A stretch of DNA of 64,000 nucleotides from Flavobacteriaceae bacterium. GTDB lineage: Bacteria; Bacteroidota; Bacteroidia; Flavobacteriales; Flavobacteriaceae. The notes under the pieces are model-generated. The model searched no databases and was not told the DNA's origin. It saw only the letters and a list, made by a program, of their open reading frames with translations. The first letter of the stretch is position 1. Every line of letters begins with the position of its first letter. Location: positions 42,926 through 106,925 of the forward strand of contig JAITMD010000014.1 of NCBI GenBank assembly GCA_031277535.1, written 5' to 3'. Shown here one piece after another: positions 27,940-38,021 of this stretch. A program made the translations under genes and the position numbers.

Positions 27940-29001
27940 ATGAGTATTAAGATTATAAGTTCGGGATGCTATATTCCTACCAAAGTAATTAGCAATAAAG
28001 ATTTTGGTCAGTTTGACTTTAGAAATGAACAGGGAGAAACGCTGAAAGATAACAATGAGCGCATAGCTTATAAGCTTCAGCAAATAACAGGTATAGAAGA
28101 GCGTAGATACATTACAGAAGATCAAACTACAGCATCTATTGGAACTATAGCTGCAGAACGCGCTATTGAAGAGAGTGGAATAGATAAGGAAACCTTGGAT
28201 TATATTATTTTTGCGCACAACTTTGGAGATATTAAGCATGGAACAGTACAGTCTGATATTGTACCAAGTTTGGCATCAAGGGTGAAGCAGAATTTAAAAA
28301 TATACAATCCTTCATGTGTAGCCTTTGACGTATTGTTTGGTTGCCCAGGTTGGTTACAAGGGGTTATTCAAGCATATGCTTTTATGCAGGCAGGAATGGC
28401 TAAGCGCTGTTTGATTATTGGTGCTGAGGCATTGTCGAGAGTAATTGATTTACACGATAGAGACTCTATGATTTATGCTGATGGAGCTGGTGCTACAATT
28501 TTGGAGTATAATCCAGAAACAAAAGGCGGAATATTAGCTGTTAATAGTGCAAGTTATACGTTGGATGAAGCTTATTACATTCACTATGGAAAATCATATA
28601 ATAAAGCATTAGACGAGAACATAAAGTATATTAAGATGTTTGGGCGTAAGATTTATGAGTTTGCGTTAACTCATGTGCCTCAAGCCATGAAAGATTGTGT
28701 AGATAAGAGCGGAATAGCAATTAAGGATATTAAGAAGGTAATGATTCATCAAGCAAATGAAAAAATGGACGAGGCTATTGTTTCTCGTTTTTATGAATTA
28801 TATGGAATGAAAATGCCAGAAGATATTATGCCAATGAACATTCAGAAATTGGGAAATAGTAGTGTGGCTACTTTACCTACTTTATATGACATGATTGTGA
28901 AAAAACAATTGGACAATCACAGTTTTGAAAAAGGAGATATATTATTGTTTGCTTCGGTAGGAGCAGGGATGAATATCAATGCTTTTGTCTATGAGGTGTA
29001 A
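27940..29001 (+). CDS. fabH: 3-oxoacyl-ACP synthase III family protein
   Basis: Catalytic Cys 'GCPGW', His 'HQAN', Asn 'GNSS'; 'DGAGA'. Confidence 0.88.
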   Translation: MSIKIISSGCYIPTKVISNKDFGQFDFRNEQGETLKDNNERIAYKLQQITGIEERRYITEDQTTASIGTIAAERAIEESGIDKETLDYIIFAHNFGDIKHGTVQSDIVPSLASRVKQNLKIYNPSCVAFDVLFGCPGWLQGVIQAYAFMQAGMAKRCLIIGAEALSRVIDLHDRDSMIYADGAGATILEYNPETKGGILAVNSASYTLDEAYYIHYGKSYNKALDENIKYIKMFGRKIYEFALTHVPQAMKDCVDKSGIAIKDIKKVMIHQANEKMDEAIVSRFYELYGMKMPEDIMPMNIQKLGNSSVATLPTLYDMIVKKQLDNHSFEKGDILLFASVGAGMNINAFVYEV

Positions 29002-29018
29002 ATAGTAAAATAAAATAT

Positions 29019-29067
29019 AAAAAAGAAATCCCCTTTGTCTATTCGTTGATAGATAAAGGGGATTTTT
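29019..29067. terminator. Bidirectional terminator between fabH and gldA
   Basis: aaatcccctttgtctat...atagataaaggggattt hairpin between convergent genes. Confidence 0.75.
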
Positions 29068-29074
29068 ATAGGTT

Positions 29075-29971
29075 TTACTTTGTGATTTCTTGAAATATCT
29101 TTTCTAAGTTTTTGTTTTTGATTTGAATAGAAAGAGTTTTTAGCCCTTGTTCTTGTGCAAAATCAAATACCTGAGCTCTAAAGTCGCCTTCTACAGGGAA
29201 TACTAATTCCCATTGTGCATCGTGTATATGATTGGCGCGAATAAGATTGGGTATGCGATTGATAAACTCTATTTCAATTTTAAGATCAAATTCAACAGCT
29301 ATCACTTGTTCATTTTGATTCTCTAAGATTTGGTTAAGCATTTGATCTGCTACTACCTTTCCTTTTTTGATGATGATAACACGCTCACATATAGCTTCTA
29401 CTTCTTGCATGATGTGAGTGGAAAGAAATACGGTTTTATTCTTACCGATATTTTTGATTAAACGACGTATTTCAACTAATTGGTTAGGGTCTAACCCTGT
29501 AGTAGGTTCATCTAAGATTAAAACTTCTGGATCGTGAAGCAAAGCCGCAGCCAAACCTACACGTTGTCTATATCCTTTGGACAATTGCCCTATCTTTTTA
29601 TGTGCTTCTGGCGTTAGTCCTGTTAGTTCTATTACTTCTTCTATACGCTGCTTGTTTACTTTGTATATATCAGCATTGAACTGTAGAAACTCTCTGACAT
29701 ACATGTCTAAATACAAGGGGTTGTGTTCTGGAAGGTAACCAATAGTACGCTGAACTTGTTTGCGCTGTGTTTCTACGTTAAAGTCGTTGACTAATGCAGT
29801 TCCTTCATCACTGTGTATATAAGTAGTCAATATTTTCATTAAGGTTGATTTACCAGCTCCATTTGGACCTAAAAAACCAACAATTTGACCTGTAGGGATA
29901 GAAAAACTGATATCGTCTAAGGCTTTTTGCTCGCCATAAGATTTACTTATATGTTGTACGTTTAAAGACAT
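29075..29971 (-). CDS. gldA: Gliding-motility-associated ABC transporter ATP-binding subunit
   Basis: Walker A 'GPNGAGKST'; 'GYLPEHNPLYLDMYVREF'; 'LSKGYRQRVGLA'; 'DEPTTGLDPNQLVEIR'. Confidence 0.88.
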   Translation of the reverse strand: MSLNVQHISKSYGEQKALDDISFSIPTGQIVGFLGPNGAGKSTLMKILTTYIHSDEGTALVNDFNVETQRKQVQRTIGYLPEHNPLYLDMYVREFLQFNADIYKVNKQRIEEVIELTGLTPEAHKKIGQLSKGYRQRVGLAAALLHDPEVLILDEPTTGLDPNQLVEIRRLIKNIGKNKTVFLSTHIMQEVEAICERVIIIKKGKVVADQMLNQILENQNEQVIAVEFDLKIEIEFINRIPNLIRANHIHDAQWELVFPVEGDFRAQVFDFAQEQGLKTLSIQIKNKNLEKIFQEITK

Positions 29972-29992
29972 AACTATGTAATGTTAGAAAAA

Positions 29993-30000
29993 CAAATGTA
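29993..30000 (-). promoter_or_regulatory. -7 element (TACATTTG) for gldA
   Basis: TAnnTTTG match 21 bp upstream of the start. Confidence 0.55.
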
Positions 30001-30006
30001 ATTAAA

Positions 30007-30396
30007 TTAGTGAGAAAATCCGAGAGACAAACTCAACACTATTATTCCAATAACAAGTAGTGAAATAAAGATATATAACCAATCTCTTTCAAGGATAAAA
30101 GAAACAAGAGAAAGCAAGAGTCTCAGAGTAGGTGTTAGAAATAAAAGAAGTACACCTAAGTATATGATAGACTCTCCATTGCCCTGTAAAACTCCAGAAC
30201 TAATAGATTGAATTACATCTACAATATTATTGTTTTTTTCAGTGAATGTCGAAAAGTTGATTGTTTTATTACTTTGTGTAAACAAGAGAATAATTCCTCC
30301 TACTAATGAAATAGACAAAGCGGAATAAACACCATAACGCAGTACATTTCCAATGATAGTTTGTAAGTCTGCATCTGTAAATTTTTTTGTACTCAT
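30007..30396 (-). CDS. DUF1634 family membrane protein
   Basis: Three hydrophobic helices; 'IGNVLRYGV', 'LLLFLTPTLRL'; directly follows a TauE gene. Confidence 0.8.
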   Translation of the reverse strand: MSTKKFTDADLQTIIGNVLRYGVYSALSISLVGGIILLFTQSNKTINFSTFTEKNNNIVDVIQSISSGVLQGNGESIIYLGVLLLFLTPTLRLLLSLVSFILERDWLYIFISLLVIGIIVLSLSLGFSH

Positions 30397-30400
30397 TGTC

Positions 30401-31243
30401 TTAGATTCTACCAGTTATACCATTATAAATCATATTAATCGCTAAGATTAAAATAAGGAAAGCGAAGAAGATCTTTAGTTTTTTAGTATTGGTTTTCACT
30501 AATACTTTGGCACCAAACATAGCACCAATTAATACACCAATAATTACAGGCATACATATACTTGGCTCAATATATCCTTTTTGAATGTAAATAACAGAAC
30601 TTGCAATAGCAGTTACTCCCATCATAAAATTACTGGTTGTAGTAGATACTTTAAAAGGGACTTTCATGATGGTGTCCATTGCGATTACTTTAAAAGCACC
30701 TGATCCAATACCCAATAGGCCAGACATCATACCTGCTAATCCCATCATACTAAAACCACCAAGAATATTGGTCATTCCGTACTTTACTTTTTCACCAGAA
30801 GGAGTAGGGTATGTACTGTTTAGGTTTAGTTTAATAGCTAAGTTACTTGATGCTTCTGGTAAAACTAAATGATCTTCTTTTTTGCGCAAAGAGTTTAGGG
30901 AAGAAAAAATAAGTGTAGCCCCAAATAAAATAGCTAAAGCAGAAGTAGGAGCATTGGTAGAAATTAAGGCACCTATTACAGCCCCTGCAGTAGTACCAAT
31001 TTCTAAAAACATACCCAATCGCATATTGGTAATACCTTCTTTTACAAAAGCTGCTGCTGCTCCTGATGAGGTAGCTATAACTGAGACTAATGCCGTTCCA
31101 ATGGCATAATGTATATCAACACCTAAAAAAACGGTTAATAAAGGAATGATGATAATTCCGCCACCTAAACCTGATAATGAACCTATAAAACCTGCTAAAC
31201 AAGCACCTAAGAACATTATTAGGGTAAATGTTAGTAATGTCAT
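30401..31243 (-). CDS. TauE/SafE (TSUP) family sulfite exporter-like permease
   Basis: Duplicated 'GSLSGLGGG'/'SGLLGIGSG' motifs; 'AIGTALVSVIATSSG'. Confidence 0.9.
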   Translation of the reverse strand: MTLLTFTLIMFLGACLAGFIGSLSGLGGGIIIIPLLTVFLGVDIHYAIGTALVSVIATSSGAAAAFVKEGITNMRLGMFLEIGTTAGAVIGALISTNAPTSALAILFGATLIFSSLNSLRKKEDHLVLPEASSNLAIKLNLNSTYPTPSGEKVKYGMTNILGGFSMMGLAGMMSGLLGIGSGAFKVIAMDTIMKVPFKVSTTTSNFMMGVTAIASSVIYIQKGYIEPSICMPVIIGVLIGAMFGAKVLVKTNTKKLKIFFAFLILILAINMIYNGITGRI

Positions 31244-31427
31244 ATTGTTTGATTTTTTATTTGAGAGATTGTAAATGTACTTATTCCATTTTTGAAAAAA
31301 CTATCAATTGCTAATTTTAGCGTTAATAGAAAAAAAATTGCAACCTTTTAGAAAAGTAAAGAGTAATTTTAGTACTTTAATTATAGAATTCAAGTAGTTC
31401 TTCTACTCAATTATAACTTAGCATATT

Positions 31428-32516
31428 ATGGATAAAAGTACAATGAATAAAGATTGGTTATCAATATTTCAAGGACAGCATCCAGCGATAATCGCAGGAC
31501 CTTGTAGTGCAGAAACACCAGAACAGGTAATGACTATTGCAAGAGGTTTACCAAAATTAGTGAAGGTATTTCGAGCAGGAATATGGAAACCACGTACACG
31601 TCCAGGAGGTTTTGAAGGAGTAGGAGCAATAGGGTTAAAATGGTTGCAAGATGTAAAAAAAGAAACAGGAATGCTCTTGGCAACAGAGGTAGCTACTGCA
31701 GAACATGTACAGTTGTGTTTAGAACACGATATTGATATTTTGTGGATTGGTGCTCGTACAGCAGTTAACCCTTTTGCAGTACAAGAGTTGGCAGATGCCT
31801 TAAAAGGAACAGATAAAATAGTGTTGTTGAAAAATCCTGTAAACCCAGACTTGTCTTTATGGATGGGTGGCTTGGAACGATTGGCTACTGCAGGAATACA
31901 GAAATTAGGTGTGATTCATAGAGGTTTTAGCACGTATGAAAAAACTAAATATCGAAATATACCAGAATGGCAGATACCTTTGGATTTGAAATCGCAATTA
32001 CCTAATATTCCTATCTTTTGTGATCCATCACATATAACTGGGAATAGAAATAAGATATTTGGCGTATCTCAACAGGCATTGGATTTGAATTATGATGGGT
32101 TAATGATTGAAACGCATTGTGATCCAGATAATGCATGGAGTGATGCGGCACAGCAGGTTACCCCATCACAACTAAATGATATTATTACTAAGCTACAAGT
32201 AAGAAATATTACAGACGATACAGCAGAGTTTTTACAACAAATAAAAGCTTACCGCATTCAGATAGATGATATGGATAGTAAATTGTTGGATTTGTTGAGA
32301 AAACGAATGCTAATATCTGATGAGATTGGGAAATTAAAGAAAGAAAAGAATGTAGCTGTATTTCAACAAGACCGATGGACAAAGATCTTGGAGAAAATGC
32401 AAGAAGAAGGACAACATATAGGTTTTACCGAAGAGTTTATTACAGAAATTTATACTGCAATTCACCAAGAGAGTATCTACAGACAAGATCGAGTAATCAA
32501 TAAAGGAAACGAATAG
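31428..32516 (+). CDS. Bifunctional DAHP synthase / chorismate mutase type II
   Basis: 'IAGPCSAE', 'WKPRTRP', 'HRGF', 'DPSH'; C-terminal AroQ domain 'RIQIDDMDSKLLDLLRKR'. Confidence 0.92.
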   Translation: MDKSTMNKDWLSIFQGQHPAIIAGPCSAETPEQVMTIARGLPKLVKVFRAGIWKPRTRPGGFEGVGAIGLKWLQDVKKETGMLLATEVATAEHVQLCLEHDIDILWIGARTAVNPFAVQELADALKGTDKIVLLKNPVNPDLSLWMGGLERLATAGIQKLGVIHRGFSTYEKTKYRNIPEWQIPLDLKSQLPNIPIFCDPSHITGNRNKIFGVSQQALDLNYDGLMIETHCDPDNAWSDAAQQVTPSQLNDIITKLQVRNITDDTAEFLQQIKAYRIQIDDMDSKLLDLLRKRMLISDEIGKLKKEKNVAVFQQDRWTKILEKMQEEGQHIGFTEEFITEIYTAIHQESIYRQDRVINKGNE

Positions 32517-32523
32517 CAGACCG

Positions 32524-32566
32524 AAAGAGGAAATTTACCATAACGTAAACTTCCTCTTTTTGTTTT
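32524..32566 (+). terminator. Probable terminator
   Basis: aaagaggaa...ttcctcttt followed by a T-rich run. Confidence 0.55.
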
Positions 32567-32584
32567 TTGAAGTATATTTGCTCT

Positions 32585-33550
32585 ATGAATGGTATAGTTT
32601 ACAAATCAACAGGAAGTTGGTACTTGGTAAAAGGAGATGACAATGTTTTTTATGATTGTCGTATCAAAGGGAAATTTAGGATTAAAGGTATAAAGAGTAC
32701 TAATCCAATTGCCGTAGGAGATCATGTACAATTTGAGTTAGAAACAACAAATGATAAAACAACGGGAGTAATCAATGAGATTAGTCCACGTAAGAATTAT
32801 ATTGTACGTAAATCCGTAAACTTATCTAAACAGGTGCATATTATTGCTTCTAATATTGATACTGTATTTTTAATTGTTACCATTAATAACCCTGTAACAA
32901 CAACCAGTTTTATAGACCGTTTTTTAGTAACAGCGGAAGCTTATGGTATTAAAACAGTATTGGTGTTTAATAAAATAGATACTTATTCAGAAGATGCTTT
33001 AGACGAACAGTTATACTTACAATATATTTATACTCAAATAGGTTATGAGTGTTTGAGAGTATCGGCTTTGACAGGGAAAGGATTGGATGCTGTAAAAGAG
33101 AAAATGGAAGGAAAGGTGTCTATGTTTTCTGGACATTCAGGAGTAGGGAAGTCAACATTAATCAATGCAATTGAACCTGGATTGAATTTAAAGACTTCAC
33201 AAATTTCTGAACAACACCAACAGGGACAACATACAACTACTTTTGCAGAAATGTATGATTTGTCTTTTAATGCAAGTATTATTGATACTCCTGGAATTAG
33301 AGGTTTTGGTATTGTAGATATGGAACCACAAGAAGTAGGTGATTACTTTCCAGAATTCTTTGCTTTAAAAGAGCAATGTAAGTTTAACAACTGTCTGCAT
33401 AAAGAAGAACCTCATTGCGCAGTAAAAGACGCTTTGGACCGAGATGAATTAGCTTGGTCAAGGTATAAGACCTATATTCAAATCTTAGACGGAGAAGAAG
33501 AACATTATCGAACAGATATTTATAAAGATGGAAGAAACCAAGACGAATAG
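32585..33550 (+). CDS. rsgA: Ribosome small subunit-dependent GTPase A
   Basis: Circularly permuted GTPase: 'NKID', 'GHSGVGKST', 'GQHTTT', 'IDTPG', Zn finger 'CKFNNCLH.EEPHC'; ATG at 32585. Confidence 0.96.
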   Translation: MNGIVYKSTGSWYLVKGDDNVFYDCRIKGKFRIKGIKSTNPIAVGDHVQFELETTNDKTTGVINEISPRKNYIVRKSVNLSKQVHIIASNIDTVFLIVTINNPVTTTSFIDRFLVTAEAYGIKTVLVFNKIDTYSEDALDEQLYLQYIYTQIGYECLRVSALTGKGLDAVKEKMEGKVSMFSGHSGVGKSTLINAIEPGLNLKTSQISEQHQQGQHTTTFAEMYDLSFNASIIDTPGIRGFGIVDMEPQEVGDYFPEFFALKEQCKFNNCLHKEEPHCAVKDALDRDELAWSRYKTYIQILDGEEEHYRTDIYKDGRNQDE

Positions 33551-33563
33551 TCTTGGTTTTTTT
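33535..33563 (+). terminator. Terminator overlapping the rsgA stop codon
   Basis: aaaccaagac-gaata-gtcttggttt followed by a T-run. Confidence 0.7.
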
Positions 33564-33648
33564 ATGGCGTGAAGAATGCTAAATAATGTTAGTATTGCCT
33601 AACATATTTTGTACTTTTGGATAGAATAGTATTAATAGATTTTATCGC

Positions 33649-35616
33649 ATGATAAAAAAAGCAGTTTTATTGTTTTTAGTAGGAGTTACTATTACTCCAA
33701 GTATGGCTCAGGTGGCAGCACAGACCAAAGCAACTATTGTTACCCCTGTTTTAAGCAAAGATGTGATTGCTCAAGCTGATGCTGTAGTATTGGAGGAAGA
33801 GGGCATTATAGAATATGAGTTTTCTATAGAAAGTGGTTTTTCTATTATTGAAAAAGTAAAACGAAGTATTTTAATTAATTCAAAGAATGGAATAGAGCAA
33901 GCTACTCTGACAATACCTTTCTACTATGGAAAGTATGGAAAAGAAGAGGTTGAAATAAAAGATTATAAGATAGCTCGAAATGTAGCTAATGAGCAAATAA
34001 TTATAAAGGTTACCAAAGCAGATAATCGAAAGGTAGACAAAGATTTTTTTCTCAAAGAAATTATTCCTACAGATATAAAAGTAGGAGACATTGTAGAGTA
34101 TAGTTATATTAAACAACGTTTTATAATAGATGAAATACCAACGTGGTATTTTCAAGGAGATATTCCTAAACTAAAAAGTATTTATACAGTAAAAATACCT
34201 GAAAACCTTACCTACTTTATATCTACGACAGGAAGTATTGATATAGAAAAAAAAGAAACAGCTACCACTACAGGAAGGAGTCTGTCAACCAGAACTTTTG
34301 GAACATCTTATCGTTTTAGAGAATCTGTTTTAGAGTATAAGGCAGTAAATATTCCTGCTTTAAAAACAGTGCCTTATAGTGGTAATATAAATAATGAACG
34401 CAGTTCTATTCGATTTGATTTAGTGCAGTTTCAATATCCAGATTCTCCTGTGGTTAATATACCTTATAAAGAAGCGGATGTTGCTAAGGAATTATTTAAG
34501 AATAGAAATTTTGGAGGAGAATTAAAACAAGTAAAGTTTTTACAAAAAAATCTATTACAAGAAGAATGGAGTGCTTTGGCTCCAAAAGAAAGAATAGATA
34601 GAGTCATGAAAGCGATTAATGAACGAGTGCAATGGAATGGAGCATATGGTTATGAAGCACAAGAAGGAGTGAAGCAAGCTTTTTTGAAAAAAACAGGAAA
34701 TTCGGCAGATATCAATTTAATGTTGGTCGCAGCACTTAATGGTTGTGGTATTGATGCCCAACCTGTTGTAATGAGTACGCGAATGAATGGACGACCACCA
34801 ATATTGTTCAGTCGTTTTATGAATCAAGTTGTGGCGACAGTAATGTTAGACGATGTAAGATATTTTTTGGATGCAACAGATTCTAATGCCAATCTACGCG
34901 TGATGCCTATAGAGAATTTGAATTCGGAGGGTTGGATAATTGGAGACAAAGGAACCGTAACAAAAGTAGATTGTACACCTAAGTTGTTTTCTGTAAATCA
35001 AGAAAATTATACCATTGATTTAAGTGCAGATGGTAACGCAAGAGGAACCGTTATGAATAATAAAACGTTGTATGAAGCGTATTTATTAAAAGCAGGAGGC
35101 AATAAGGATTTACTCGATCAGTTTAGAAGAGATATTGAAAGAAGAAGTGAAGGAACATTTTTAAAAAATGGGCTTTTAAAAACATCTGAAGAAGGAGGCG
35201 TATCTGCTACTTTTGATATTCAAAAGTTCAGCTTTGCAAAAGCAAATGGAACAGCATTGTCATTTAGACCTTTAGAATTTTATAAAGAACAATACAATCC
35301 ATTTACTGATGAGACAAGAGATGTATCTATTGACTTTATCTATCCATCAATGGATAGTTATACTATTAAGGTTAATCTACCAGTAGGTTATCAGTTAGAA
35401 AGTAAACCTAAACCTGTTTCATTAACTAATAAAGACTCTGGATTGATGTTGGTTTATGAAGTTGTAGAAGGAACAGACAATACGATTGAATGTAAGTTTA
35501 ATCTTAAAATAGCTAAACCTTTACTAAACAAAGAGCTTTATCCAATGGTTAAGGCAATGTATAAAGAATTACAAAATATAGTAAGTCAAGAATTGATCTT
35601 GATTAAAAAGAAATAA
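33649..35616 (+). CDS. DUF3857 / transglutaminase-like exported protein
   Basis: Signal peptide; 'VGDIVEYSY', 'PTWYFQ', 'GNSADINLMLVAAL', 'YFLDAT'. Confidence 0.8.
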   Translation: MIKKAVLLFLVGVTITPSMAQVAAQTKATIVTPVLSKDVIAQADAVVLEEEGIIEYEFSIESGFSIIEKVKRSILINSKNGIEQATLTIPFYYGKYGKEEVEIKDYKIARNVANEQIIIKVTKADNRKVDKDFFLKEIIPTDIKVGDIVEYSYIKQRFIIDEIPTWYFQGDIPKLKSIYTVKIPENLTYFISTTGSIDIEKKETATTTGRSLSTRTFGTSYRFRESVLEYKAVNIPALKTVPYSGNINNERSSIRFDLVQFQYPDSPVVNIPYKEADVAKELFKNRNFGGELKQVKFLQKNLLQEEWSALAPKERIDRVMKAINERVQWNGAYGYEAQEGVKQAFLKKTGNSADINLMLVAALNGCGIDAQPVVMSTRMNGRPPILFSRFMNQVVATVMLDDVRYFLDATDSNANLRVMPIENLNSEGWIIGDKGTVTKVDCTPKLFSVNQENYTIDLSADGNARGTVMNNKTLYEAYLLKAGGNKDLLDQFRRDIERRSEGTFLKNGLLKTSEEGGVSATFDIQKFSFAKANGTALSFRPLEFYKEQYNPFTDETRDVSIDFIYPSMDSYTIKVNLPVGYQLESKPKPVSLTNKDSGLMLVYEVVEGTDNTIECKFNLKIAKPLLNKELYPMVKAMYKELQNIVSQELILIKKK

Positions 35617-35668
35617 GTAGAAAGTATATCATTTCTATACAAAGGATTAATATAAATAAAGCAATACA

Positions 35669-36121
35669 TTGAAAATAGTAATACAAAGAGTAACACAGGC
35701 CTCTGTAACAATTGAGCAGGAAGTAGTTGGACAGATAGAAAAAGGACTATTGGTTTTGGTAGGTATTGAAGAAATAGATACTGTAAAAGATATTGAATGG
35801 TTGTCTGGAAAAATAGTGAATATGCGTATTTTTGATGATGAGAATGGTGTAATGAATAAATCGGTTTGTGACGTTGATGGGGATCTATTAATTGTAAGTC
35901 AGTTTACTTTACACGCATCAACAAAGAAAGGGAATCGCCCTTCTTATATTCGTGCTGCTAAACCAGATTTTGCAATTCCAATGTACGAACAGTTTATAGC
36001 CCAGGTAGAAAAAGATTTGAATAAAAAAGTACAAACAGGTCAGTTTGGTGCAGATATGAAAGTTGCTTTGTTGAATGATGGACCTGTAACAATAATTGTA
36101 GACTCTCAAAATAAAGAATAA
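35669..36121 (+). CDS. dtd: D-aminoacyl-tRNA deacylase
   Basis: 'VIQRVTQASV', 'SQFTL', 'GNRPS', 'GQFGADM', 'NDGPVT'; TTG start. Confidence 0.96.
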   Translation: MKIVIQRVTQASVTIEQEVVGQIEKGLLVLVGIEEIDTVKDIEWLSGKIVNMRIFDDENGVMNKSVCDVDGDLLIVSQFTLHASTKKGNRPSYIRAAKPDFAIPMYEQFIAQVEKDLNKKVQTGQFGADMKVALLNDGPVTIIVDSQNKE

Positions 36122-36328
36122 ATGAAATATGTAATCAAATATGCATTCTTCACGATTATCTATTTAATATTAACATGGATAATGTCTGATAATATGCAAT
36201 GTCTTTTTGAAGGAAATCAATCGTGTTTGTTTGATTTTGCAATTCGCTATATTATTTTCATGGTGTTGATGGTGGTGTATGATGTATGGGTAAAAGATAA
36301 ATTATTTAAAAAAAGTAGTACAAAATAA
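36122..36328 (+). CDS. Small hypothetical membrane protein (68 aa)
   Basis: Two hydrophobic segments; fills the dtd-pyrophosphohydrolase gap exactly, in the same orientation. Confidence 0.65.
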   Translation: MKYVIKYAFFTIIYLILTWIMSDNMQCLFEGNQSCLFDFAIRYIIFMVLMVVYDVWVKDKLFKKSSTK

Positions 36329-36340
36329 TACAAAGAACAG

Positions 36341-36667
36341 ATGGATATAAAAAATGCACAGTTAGCGGTAGATAATTGGATTAAGGAACACGGTGTTCGT
36401 TATTTTAATGAGTTAACAAATATGGCTCAGTTAACAGAAGAGGTTGGAGAAGTAGCACGTATTATAGCTCGTAGATATGGAGAACAATCAGAAAAAGAGA
36501 GTGACAAAAACAAAGATCTTGGAGAAGAATTAGCTGACGTTATGTTTGTTGTATTGTGTTTAGCAAATCAAACAGGTGTTGATTTACAAGAAGCTTTTGA
36601 CAAAAAACTTGACTTAAAAACTAAGCGCGATCACGATCGTCACCATAATAATGATAAACTAAAATAG
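36341..36667 (+). CDS. MazG-like nucleotide pyrophosphohydrolase
   Basis: 'LTEEVGEVAR', 'GEELADV' acidic motifs. Confidence 0.92.
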   Translation: MDIKNAQLAVDNWIKEHGVRYFNELTNMAQLTEEVGEVARIIARRYGEQSEKESDKNKDLGEELADVMFVVLCLANQTGVDLQEAFDKKLDLKTKRDHDRHHNNDKLK

Positions 36668-36677
36668 CAGCTACTAT

Positions 36678-37907
36678 ATGAACATTGTTTTTAGAAAGAG
36701 TTCTTTACTTTCAGGGCAAAACTTGATTTTGTCTGGTAGTAAATCAGAAAGTAATCGTTTATTGATTTTACAACAGCTTTTTCCTGAATTGAAAATAACT
36801 AATTTATCTAATTCAGACGATGTTCAGGCAATGCAGTTGGGGCTAAGTAGCACAACAGATGTAATTGATGTACATCATGCAGGAACTACTATGCGTTTTT
36901 TGACAGCCTATTATGCACTTTGTTCAGATAGAATAGTAGAGTTAACAGGCAGTCTGCGTATGCAAGAACGCCCCATTGCAATATTAGTAGATGCGCTACG
37001 TCAGTTAGGAGCACAAATTACTTATCAAAAAAAGGAAGGTTTTCCACCTTTGTGTATTCATGGTTGTAAAGCACAAGGAGGAAAAGTAGTATTGCCAGCA
37101 GACATCAGTAGTCAATATATATCTGCACTTTTATTAGTAGGAAGTAAATTGCCACAAGGAATTACTTTAGAGTTAATAGGAGATATTACTTCTCGTCCTT
37201 ATATTGAAATGACGCTGCAATTGCTACAACAATTGGGGTGTTCTACTTCCTTTGAGGGAAATATAGTGCAAGTAAATCCTATAAACATTCCTAATCAAAT
37301 AGAGTTTACAGTAGAATCAGATTGGTCTTCAGCTTCTTATTTCTATGGTTTAATAGCTTTGGGAGAAATAGGAGATGAATTGACTTTGGCCTATTTTAAA
37401 CAAGACAGTTTACAAGGTGATGCTCTTATTGCTACCTATTTCAAACAGTTTGGAGTTGAAACAACATTTCATACAGACTATAGCATTAACCTTAAAAAAG
37501 TTAGAAACGCAGTTTCTTGTTTTGAGGCTAATTTGGTAGAAACACCAGATTTGGCACAAACTATTGCAGTTACTTGTTTTGGATTGGGCATTTTGTGTAA
37601 GCTCACAGGATTACATACCTTAAAGATTAAAGAAACAGATCGATTAGTTGCTCTAAAAAAAGAGTTATCTAAGTTTGGAGCTGAAGTAAGAATAACAGAT
37701 AATAGTTTAGAATTAACAGCTACTGGTAGTCTAAAAACAGCAATCGCAGTAGATACTTATCAAGATCATCGCATGGCTATGGCTTTTGCAATCTTATCTT
37801 TAAAGACTTCTTTGACTATTAATGAAGCTGAAGTTGTTTCAAAATCATTTGTAGATTTCTGGGATTGTTTTTCAGCTTTACAATTTGATTTTGACGTGAT
37901 TGAGTAA
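36678..37907 (+). CDS. aroA: 3-phosphoshikimate 1-carboxyvinyltransferase (EPSP synthase)
   Basis: 'GSKSESNR', 'AGTTMRFL', 'SSQYISALL', 'KETDRL', 'DHRMAMAF'. Confidence 0.95.
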   Translation: MNIVFRKSSLLSGQNLILSGSKSESNRLLILQQLFPELKITNLSNSDDVQAMQLGLSSTTDVIDVHHAGTTMRFLTAYYALCSDRIVELTGSLRMQERPIAILVDALRQLGAQITYQKKEGFPPLCIHGCKAQGGKVVLPADISSQYISALLLVGSKLPQGITLELIGDITSRPYIEMTLQLLQQLGCSTSFEGNIVQVNPINIPNQIEFTVESDWSSASYFYGLIALGEIGDELTLAYFKQDSLQGDALIATYFKQFGVETTFHTDYSINLKKVRNAVSCFEANLVETPDLAQTIAVTCFGLGILCKLTGLHTLKIKETDRLVALKKELSKFGAEVRITDNSLELTATGSLKTAIAVDTYQDHRMAMAFAILSLKTSLTINEAEVVSKSFVDFWDCFSALQFDFDVIE

Positions 37908-37959
37908 GTATTATTGTAAAAAAATGCTTAAATACTTGACAACCCCTATTTTGAGATTG

Positions 37960-37967
37960 TATATTTG
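37960..37967 (+). promoter_or_regulatory. -7 element (TATATTTG) for queA, with TTGA about 20 bp upstream
   Basis: Bacteroidota -33/-7 arrangement. Confidence 0.65.
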
Positions 37968-38021
37968 CAAATCGCAAAGATAAAAGCTGGTTTTTGTCTT
38001 TTTTAATTTAAACTGTTATCA

